Shown here piece by piece: positions 57,538-64,000 of a DNA stretch of 64,000 nucleotides. This DNA comes from Halomonas sp. (GTDB taxonomy: Bacteria > Pseudomonadota > Gammaproteobacteria > Pseudomonadales > Halomonadaceae). The notes below the pieces were generated by a model. That model was not told the origin of the DNA, made no database searches, and saw only the letters and a program-made list of their open reading frames with translations. The stretch is taken from assembly GCA_017983445.1 (NCBI GenBank), contig JAGOBJ010000001.1, positions 125,632 through 189,631 on the forward strand, in the 5' to 3' direction. Position numbers and translations under genes: made by a program. The stretch's first letter is position 1, and every line of letters begins with the position of its first letter.

Positions 57538-59342
57538 AACGCGCCTTTTGTAGCTGAAAGCGAAAGTGAGAGGCTGCGCGAAAAACGTAGCGTATTGGCG
57601 ATGACGGCGAGAACGCTAATCACGACGCCCAATACGGCTTCTGGCAAAGACAAAAAGCCCAGCGCCGCCAGGATAAATAAGATCAGGCTCATGCCTACGG
57701 CCAAGGCGCTAGTTTGGCGTATGCAGCGCTGCGTGGCGTGGGCAATGGCAAGAGTCTCGGAGGCTCGGACTTTGCGAGGGCTCAGTATGATCACATCAGG
57801 GTGCGAGGTTAAAGACTCACAAGCATGCGCTGTTTGCGCCAATGTCATCAGAGCGGAAGGCTTTTGTATTACCACGCCGCGCTTGCGCAACTGCTGGTAG
57901 CTGGCCATTAAGATCGCTGGGGTCGCCAGTGCTGGCGCACAGAAGCTACTCACTACCAGCAGTGAAAGCAGGGAGTCCAGTACCCAGGCTGATTCAAGCC
58001 ATCCGCCAATGACCGTAACGCTTAAACTCGCCATGAGTAAGCTACTCACCCAGCGGTGCACGTTTTGTGCGTTGATCGCCGCCAAGGGTTGCTCGCCCCA
58101 GGCACCCTTAACCTCGGCGCTAATATGCGCGGTGCGAGTATGCATGCCTACCCGGGATGCCTTGATGACCAGCTGGTTTTCCAGATTTTGGCAGCCAGCC
58201 AATACGCGATCACCCACTTGACGTGTTATGGGTAGCGGCTCGCCGGTCAGCACTGACTCATCCAGGCTCGACGCGCCTTGCTCGATCGTGCCGTCAACGG
58301 GAATTCGCTGGCCCGGTTTTACCACAACATGATCGCCAGGAGTAAGTTCACCCGTTGGCAGGATCCTTTCGCCGCCATCGTGATAAAGCCGAGTGGCCGA
58401 CGCAGGCAGAGCGTCTTTAAGCGTATGTTGAACACGCTCCAAGCCTAGGGACGATTTAACGTAGCCGCCCAGACACAAGAGCGTTGTCAGTAGGGCAATA
58501 AAGCCTGTGTAGTGCTCCCCAACATGAAACAGTGTTGCGTAGCCACTGGTCAGGTAAGCGATGCTCAAGGCTAAGCTGATAGGTACTGACGGGCCAAGCA
58601 GACAGCGCCGTATATCGATAAACGCGCGACTGAAAAAAGGCGGTGTAGCGAATAGCATCACCGCGGTGGCTAAGACAAAGGGCAACCAGTGAAGCAGCGT
58701 ATAAACATGCGAATTAACGTCTTCTAATGCTGCACTCTGTAAAATAAACGTTAGCAGAGCGATGCTGGCAAGACTTGCCCCCGAGATTCCCAGCCGCCAG
58801 GCGTTTACACGCTTTTTACGTCGCCATTGCTCCTGAGCGGGGTCGGGCTCAAACGGCAGAGCGCTGTAACCGATAGTGGCAAGCTCGGCCAGTAGTTGAG
58901 AGAGTTTAAGCTGGTGGGTATGCCAGCTAACGCGCAGGCGATGGCGAGATAAATCCACCGCGCTTGCGGTGATGCCCTCAAGGGCGTTTAGGCGATGCTC
59001 GATAAGCCAGGCACAGGCGTTGCAGGTGATGCCTTCGACCGCAAGGGTCGCGCTTAGCTGATCAGTATCGCTGCTAAGCGTTACAAACGTGGCCTGGCGC
59101 TCAAGGCTATCAAAGTGCTCCCAGGCGTTGCTGTCAAGCGCCTCATTGACGGGCTTGCCGGGCAGGTCGGTACGCTGGTGGTAATAGCTTTCCAGGCCGC
59201 CCTGTACAATGGCGTGCGCTACGGCTTCGCAACCTGGGCAGCACAGAGAGTGCGTAGTATCGGCCAGCGTGATTTGCCAAGGCGCATTGGCTGGTACGGG
59301 GCTGCCGCAATGGTAGCAGGGGGAGGCTGTTGGCGTTGTCAT
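57534..59342 (-). CDS. Degenerate CcoI/FixI-like P1B-ATPase lacking P and N domains
   Basis: N-terminal CYHC...CCPGC and HMA GITCNAC; A-domain DESVLTGEP; no DKTGT, no GDG.ND; only 602 aa. Confidence 0.85.
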   Translation of the reverse strand: MTTPTASPCYHCGSPVPANAPWQITLADTTHSLCCPGCEAVAHAIVQGGLESYYHQRTDLPGKPVNEALDSNAWEHFDSLERQATFVTLSSDTDQLSATLAVEGITCNACAWLIEHRLNALEGITASAVDLSRHRLRVSWHTHQLKLSQLLAELATIGYSALPFEPDPAQEQWRRKKRVNAWRLGISGASLASIALLTFILQSAALEDVNSHVYTLLHWLPFVLATAVMLFATPPFFSRAFIDIRRCLLGPSVPISLALSIAYLTSGYATLFHVGEHYTGFIALLTTLLCLGGYVKSSLGLERVQHTLKDALPASATRLYHDGGERILPTGELTPGDHVVVKPGQRIPVDGTIEQGASSLDESVLTGEPLPITRQVGDRVLAGCQNLENQLVIKASRVGMHTRTAHISAEVKGAWGEQPLAAINAQNVHRWVSSLLMASLSVTVIGGWLESAWVLDSLLSLLVVSSFCAPALATPAILMASYQQLRKRGVVIQKPSALMTLAQTAHACESLTSHPDVIILSPRKVRASETLAIAHATQRCIRQTSALAVGMSLILFILAALGFLSLPEAVLGVVISVLAVIANTLRFSRSLSLSLSATKGAL

Positions 59343-59438
59343 GGCTTGGCTGACAGCTTTAGAACTAACCGTTTGGTTAATGCGTTATCTGGCAATTGTG
59401 TTTCCTTACAATGAGCGCTGCCTAACCGATATGGCATC

Positions 59439-59470
59439 TATCCACAGGTTCTATTATCCACAGGTTCTAT
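59439..59470. repeat. Perfect 16-bp tandem duplication carrying DnaA-box sequences
   Basis: TATCCACAGGTTCTAT x2; yields CTATCCACA (59438-59446) and TTATCCACA (59454-59462). Confidence 0.9.
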
Positions 59471-59604
59471 CTACCTACGGGGCCTAGCGGTTAACGTGTG
59501 AAAAGGTTAGCAGTATTGACGGGAAGGGCGCGAGTTTCGTCGTGATGCCTGCCTATCGCTTGATGATTTTTTGTACCAACCTTAACGCGAAGGAGAGAAC
59601 GGTC

Positions 59605-60369
59605 GTGCCAAACGCTTACGCAGACTATGTTCCTATTCAACCCTGTCAGTTACCCACTGAGCTGGCGCGCGCGAAGGCGTCCTGTTTTTTGGTTGAGGGG
59701 TTTGGGCCGCTTTTCGTCACCGGGCAGGCGCATATCGGGCGGCTTTTATGGGCGCATGGTGCTGGTGCGGGGCATCAGTCGGCATTTATGCAGCAAATAA
59801 TCAGTGCGCTGGCCGCAGAGGGTATTCAGGTTTTCGCGATTGATTTTCCGTATATGCAGCAGATGATGGAGCAGGGCAAGCGTCGTCCGCCGCCGTCTGT
59901 CGTTAAAACGCTTGAGCATTTTACGGCCTGGTACGATCTGATTGAGCCATTGGACGAGCCACCGCTTTGGGTGGGTGGAAAATCAATGGGCGGGCGTATT
60001 GCGACGATGTTTGCAAGTACGGGGTTTGCAAGTACGGAGTGTGCAAGCCAGCAAGTTTGCCCTGGGGTGATTGTCGCGGGTTATCCGTTTCATCCACCTA
60101 AAGCGCCTGATAAGTTGCGTTTGAGCCACTGGTCGGATATTCACTGCCCACTGCTTGTTTTACAGGGAGAGCGCGATCCTTTTGGTACGCGGGAGGAGGT
60201 GTCAGGCTACTCGTTAACGGCGCAAGCCCGTCTTGAGTGGCTTGCCGACGGCGACCATGATTTCAAACCGCGCCGTGCATCTGGATTAAAACATGAGTTT
60301 TTGATTGACGAAGCGGCTACACTTGCGGCATCCTTCGTCCGCGCTCATGGAACGCCCTTGGGAATGTGA
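59605..60369 (+). CDS. Alpha/beta hydrolase
   Basis: AHGAGAG, nucleophile elbow GGKSMGGR, GERDPFG, DGDHDF; RBS AAGGAG before GTG 59605. Confidence 0.88.
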   Translation: MPNAYADYVPIQPCQLPTELARAKASCFLVEGFGPLFVTGQAHIGRLLWAHGAGAGHQSAFMQQIISALAAEGIQVFAIDFPYMQQMMEQGKRRPPPSVVKTLEHFTAWYDLIEPLDEPPLWVGGKSMGGRIATMFASTGFASTECASQQVCPGVIVAGYPFHPPKAPDKLRLSHWSDIHCPLLVLQGERDPFGTREEVSGYSLTAQARLEWLADGDHDFKPRRASGLKHEFLIDEAATLAASFVRAHGTPLGM

Positions 60370-60410
60370 GCAACGCGCTGGTTTAAATCACAAAGTTTAA
60401 ACATGACGTG

Positions 60411-60448
60411 TTGACATTCAGGAAGGCTTCTGTAGAATGCAGCGCCAC
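60411..60448 (+). promoter_or_regulatory. Stable-RNA sigma70 promoter with GC-rich discriminator
   Basis: TTGACA-16 bp-TAGAAT-GCAGCGCCAC. Confidence 0.85.
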
Positions 60449-60457
60449 GTGACCAGC

Positions 60458-60533
60458 GGGTGGTTAGCTCAGTTGGGAGAGCACCAGCCTTACAAGCTGG
60501 GGGTCACTGGTTCGAACCCAGTACCACCCACCA
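60458..60533 (+). tRNA. tRNA-Val (TAC)
   Basis: 76 nt GGGTGGTTAGCTCAG...CCTTACAAGC...CCCACCA. Confidence 0.98.
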
Positions 60534-60593
60534 TCGAAAGATGGCCTGGAAACGTAAAGCAGTACCAGAGTAATATCAGCATGATGCAACAGC

Positions 60594-60670
60594 GGACCGG
60601 TAGTTCAGTTGGTTAGAATGCCGGCCTGTCACGCCGGAGGTCGCGAGTTCGAGTCTCGTCCGGTCCGCCA
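60594..60670 (+). tRNA. tRNA-Asp (GTC)
   Basis: 77 nt GGACCGGTAGTTCAG...CCTGTCACGCC...CCGCCA. Confidence 0.98.
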
Positions 60671-60709
60671 TCATCATACTTTTTTGCTTTGTAGCAGTTA
60701 TCGCTATTC

Positions 60710-60786
60710 GGACCGGTAGTTCAGTTGGTTAGAATGCCGGCCTGTCACGCCGGAGGTCGCGAGTTCGAGTCTCGTCCGGTCCGCCA
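60710..60786 (+). tRNA. tRNA-Asp (GTC)
   Basis: Identical to 60594-60670. Confidence 0.98.
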
Positions 60787-60825
60787 CGATAACTTGCAGA
60801 TTGGTTGATTTAAGATCAACACCCT

Positions 60826-60901
60826 GGGTGGTTAGCTCAGTTGGGAGAGCACCAGCCTTACAAGCTGGGGGTCACTGGTTCGAACCCAGTACCACCCACC
60901 A
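60826..60901 (+). tRNA. tRNA-Val (TAC)
   Basis: Identical to 60458-60533. Confidence 0.98.
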
Positions 60902-60952
60902 TTTAAAGTCCTTTTAAATGGTGGTAGTCGTAATAGAAAGTGCCTTATTTGT

Positions 60953-61029
60953 GGACCGGTAGTTCAGTTGGTTAGAATGCCGGCCTGTCACGCCGGAGGT
61001 CGCGAGTTCGAGTCTCGTCCGGTCCGCCA
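60953..61029 (+). tRNA. tRNA-Asp (GTC)
   Basis: Identical to 60594-60670. Confidence 0.98.
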
Positions 61030-61076
61030 TTAAGCACAGAAAATTAAGTACTTTCGGTTTTATACCGACGAATTCT

Positions 61077-61108
61077 AAAAACCCCGGATCTTTGATCCGG
61101 GGTTTTTT
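61077..61108. terminator. Bidirectional terminator between tRNA operon and glc operon
   Basis: AAAAACCCCGGATC-TTT-GATCCGGGGTTTTTT. Confidence 0.92.
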
Positions 61109-61147
61109 CGTATGTACATAAATTTCTAAAGTCATGGATTTTTAAAG

Positions 61148-61549
61148 TTAAGCAACCGCGCTAACGCCTGCCTTGGCAATCTGTACGTCCTGGTCGGGCT
61201 TCACACCAGAAATGCCCACTGCGCCGATTACCTGACCGTCAACGATGATGGGTACACCGCCCGATAGCAGCGCCGGGAAAGGGGCCGATACGAATGCAGT
61301 ACGGCCGCCATTGATCATCTCTTCGAACAATTGGGTTTCTTTACGGCCCATGGCAGCATTGCGTGCTTTATGCGTGGCGATTTCAGCGCTGAAGGGAGCC
61401 GCGCCGTCCAGGCGGCTAAGGGCGAGCAAATGGCCGCCGTCATCGGTTATTGCAATCGTGACCGGCCAGCTGTTGCTGTCGGCTTCTTTTTGGGCGGCCT
61501 CAAGAATTTTCGTGATATCCGCTTGAACAAGTACGGCTTTGGTTTGCAT
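61148..61549 (-). CDS. glcG: GlcG/HbpS family protein
   Basis: IAITDDGGHLLALSRLDGA, KARNAA, GGVPIIVDGQVIGAVGISG; follows glcF. Confidence 0.9.
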   Translation of the reverse strand: MQTKAVLVQADITKILEAAQKEADSNSWPVTIAITDDGGHLLALSRLDGAAPFSAEIATHKARNAAMGRKETQLFEEMINGGRTAFVSAPFPALLSGGVPIIVDGQVIGAVGISGVKPDQDVQIAKAGVSAVA

Positions 61550-61614
61550 ATCAGGTCCTTTTTCTATCAACAGGATGGTAATTGCTGCGCCGGTTGATGG
61601 GCGCAGCAGCAAGA

Positions 61615-62853
61615 TCAGTGAGTCATCAGTGCCGCGTCCACGACCTCGACCCAGTGGCGCACTGGCGTTTGGCTCGCGCCCGCTAAGTGCGTTTGGCAGC
61701 CAATATTAGCGGTTACTATAAGCTCTGGATTGCCCGCTTCCAACGCCGCCAGTTTATTATCGCGCAGCTGGTTGGCAAGCTCTGGCTGGGTGATGGAGTA
61801 AGTACCCGCTGAACCACAGCAAAGGTGCGCATCCTGCACGGGCGTCAGGGAAAACCCCAGCTTGATCAATACGCCTTCTACCGCGCCGTTAAGCTTCTGG
61901 GCATGCTGTAGCGTGCACGGGCAATGAAAGGCCAGGCGCTGAGTCTCTTTAACCTCTAGCGCTTCCAGGGGCTCCGCACGCAGAATCTCGACGATATCCT
62001 TGGCCAGTGCGCTAACCTTCTTGGCCTTTTCAGCATAGTGCGGGTCATCTTTGAGCATATAGCCATACTCTTTGATAAACGCTCCGCAGCCGCTAGCGGT
62101 TTGTACGATCGCCTCGGCGCCCTGTTCGATATGCGGCCACCAGGCATCGATGTTAGCGCGCATACGGGCGCGACCGTCATCCTGAGCATTGAGATGAAAA
62201 TCAATCGCCCCGCAACAGCCGGCTTCCGCCACCGGCGTCAGGCTAATGTCCAGACGGTCCAGCAGACGCGCTGTCGCGGCATTAGTATTGGGTGACAGCC
62301 CAGGCTGTACACAGCCCTCCAGTATCAGCATCTTGCGAGTATGCAGCTGGCTATCAGGCCGTCTGCCCGCATCAACCGGCGCTGCGGGCATCTTGTTGCG
62401 CAGCTTGCTCGGTACCAGCGGTTTGAACGTGAGGCCCAGTTTTAACAGCGTCTGAAAACGCTTGGGCTCCACCATCATTTTGCGCAGCGCATAGCGTTGG
62501 GCGCGGTCGGCTGGTGGGCGCGGTACACGGCGCTCTATTTCCGCGCGGCCGATATTCAAAAGCTTGTGATACTCGACCCCAGACGGGCAGGTGGTTTCAC
62601 AGTTCTGGCAGGTTAGGCAGCGGTCCAGGTGCAGCCGGGTTTCTGCAGTGATCTGCTCATCGTCGTCGCGGCTCTCCAGCAGCTCCTTCATCAGGTAGAT
62701 GCGCCCGCGAGGGCCGTCACGCTCGTCGCCCAGCAGCTGATAGGTGGGGCAGGTGGCGTTACAGAAGCCGCAGTGAACGCAGGTGCGCAAAATCCGCTCC
62801 GCTTCCTGAATATGCGGCTTTTGACGATCTGTATCGGTAAAGTGCGTTTGCAT
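61615..62853 (-). CDS. glcF: Glycolate oxidase Fe-S subunit
   Basis: CVHCGFCNATCP and CLTCQNCETTCP; CCG domains. Confidence 0.95.
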   Translation of the reverse strand: MQTHFTDTDRQKPHIQEAERILRTCVHCGFCNATCPTYQLLGDERDGPRGRIYLMKELLESRDDDEQITAETRLHLDRCLTCQNCETTCPSGVEYHKLLNIGRAEIERRVPRPPADRAQRYALRKMMVEPKRFQTLLKLGLTFKPLVPSKLRNKMPAAPVDAGRRPDSQLHTRKMLILEGCVQPGLSPNTNAATARLLDRLDISLTPVAEAGCCGAIDFHLNAQDDGRARMRANIDAWWPHIEQGAEAIVQTASGCGAFIKEYGYMLKDDPHYAEKAKKVSALAKDIVEILRAEPLEALEVKETQRLAFHCPCTLQHAQKLNGAVEGVLIKLGFSLTPVQDAHLCCGSAGTYSITQPELANQLRDNKLAALEAGNPELIVTANIGCQTHLAGASQTPVRHWVEVVDAALMTH

Positions 62854-62867
62854 ATCAGCTCTCCTGA

Positions 62868-63968
62868 TTAAAACGCCGCGTAAAGACGACCGGGATTGAA
62901 AATACCGTGAATATCCAGCTCCGCTTTCAAATTGCGGTGATATTTTTCAACCACGCTGTTTAACGGGGTAAACGGTTCTGCCGCTCCGCCTTGGGCCTGC
63001 GGCGTATAGCACGTGGCGTGCCCGCCTGCGGTTTGGCACGCATTACGTAGCGTCGCTGCGTCAAGCGTGGTTTTTACCCAACGCTGGCTGCCGCCCCAGT
63101 CGTAAAAAATATCGGCTTCGGGAATATCCAGCGCAAGCGGCGCAGTGTGCGGGGGGAACGACAGCCGCCAAAGCGCCTTGCTATCTTCAAGATGAAAAAA
63201 CGCGTGGGTTTGATTGGCAAGGGAGTTCCAGAAGCTGGCTTCCAATGGTTCACCGCCCAGGCGCTCCTGAGTTGCTTTTACCGAGCTGTTGCCGCCTTCC
63301 AAGCGAATATAAAGCTCGCCAGCATGCCAGGCGGCGGCGGTGATAGGTAACGGTAGGCGACCTAATTCCGCCAGTTTTGTCAAAGCGTCTTCAAGGCCCA
63401 TGGAGAGGCGCAAGCAGTGGCTTGCTGTCGGGATCGGCAACACTTTAAACGATATGTCCGCGAGCACGCCGAGCGTTCCCTGGGCGCCAGCCATCAAGCG
63501 GGAAAGATCATAGCCCGCCACGTTTTTCATGACTTCGCCGCCAAAGCGCAGCAGTTTGCCTTCCTGGGTGATTACTCGCGTGCCGAGCACAAAGTCACGT
63601 GCGGCACCCGCCCACGGGCGGCGTGGGCCGGAAAGACCGGTCGCCACCGCACCGCCGATGGTGCTGTTTTCTCCAAAGCTTGGCGGTTCAAAGGCAAGCA
63701 TCTGGTGGTGTTCGGCCAGGGCTTTCTGCAGCGCGCTTAACCGCGTACCGGCGCGTACCGTCACCACAAGCTCAACCGGATCGTAAGAGACAATGCCGCT
63801 GTGTTCTGCCATGGAAAGCGGCTGGCCTTCTACCGGGCGGCCATAAAACGCGCGGGTATCACCACCTGCAATACGCAGCGGCGTGCGTGTTTCATAAGCC
63901 GTGCGCACCTGTTCACACAGGCGCTCAGAACTATCGCAGTCAGGGGCATGAATCGCTAAATCAGTCAT
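62868..63968 (-). CDS. glcE: Glycolate oxidase FAD-binding subunit
   Basis: TIGGAVATGLSGPRRP, FGGEVMKNVAGYDLSRL, DIHGIFNPGR. Confidence 0.95.
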   Translation of the reverse strand: MTDLAIHAPDCDSSERLCEQVRTAYETRTPLRIAGGDTRAFYGRPVEGQPLSMAEHSGIVSYDPVELVVTVRAGTRLSALQKALAEHHQMLAFEPPSFGENSTIGGAVATGLSGPRRPWAGAARDFVLGTRVITQEGKLLRFGGEVMKNVAGYDLSRLMAGAQGTLGVLADISFKVLPIPTASHCLRLSMGLEDALTKLAELGRLPLPITAAAWHAGELYIRLEGGNSSVKATQERLGGEPLEASFWNSLANQTHAFFHLEDSKALWRLSFPPHTAPLALDIPEADIFYDWGGSQRWVKTTLDAATLRNACQTAGGHATCYTPQAQGGAAEPFTPLNSVVEKYHRNLKAELDIHGIFNPGRLYAAF

Positions 63969-64000
63969 GGTCTTTCCTGGTGTTTGCCTTGTTCGATTTA

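Overview
Gammaproteobacterial chromosome segment. Gene order and protein style suggest Halomonadaceae (inference). Core backbone: end of a type I secretion operon, 2x tRNA-Lys, nadA, bepA, TusA-like gene, perM, bcp, dapA, bamC, purC, then trmO, GNAT, nadC, ampD, aceEF, adk, tsaB, rsmJ, cls, yecA, sprT, a complete acetate-utilisation locus (acs, crbR/crbS, actP, DUF4212, DUF294 nucleotidyltransferase plus exonuclease-like gene), ttcA, anr/fnr, hemN, a DsbD_2 gene, a gutted CcoI-like P1B-ATPase, a hydrolase, a Val/Asp tRNA operon and glcGFE. The main accessory feature is a ~16.8 kb integrase-less island between purC and trmO, bounded by a ~104-bp duplication of the trmO 3' end. It encodes a ~3,070-aa trimeric autotransporter adhesin with internal repeats, a TpgA-like lipoprotein, a small Cys-containing exported protein, a Sel1-SH3b protein, a LysM-FecR protein, a CHASE2 kinase and an OmpR-type regulator, which together look like an adhesin-coupled envelope-sensing system. 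Two intact-frame pseudoenzymes (CcoI without its catalytic core; DEDDh protein without catalytic residues) and several candidate operator motifs also stand out. All calls are by eye; no database searches were run. Starts were adjusted from the ORF track where an RBS or N-terminal homology pointed to a later codon.
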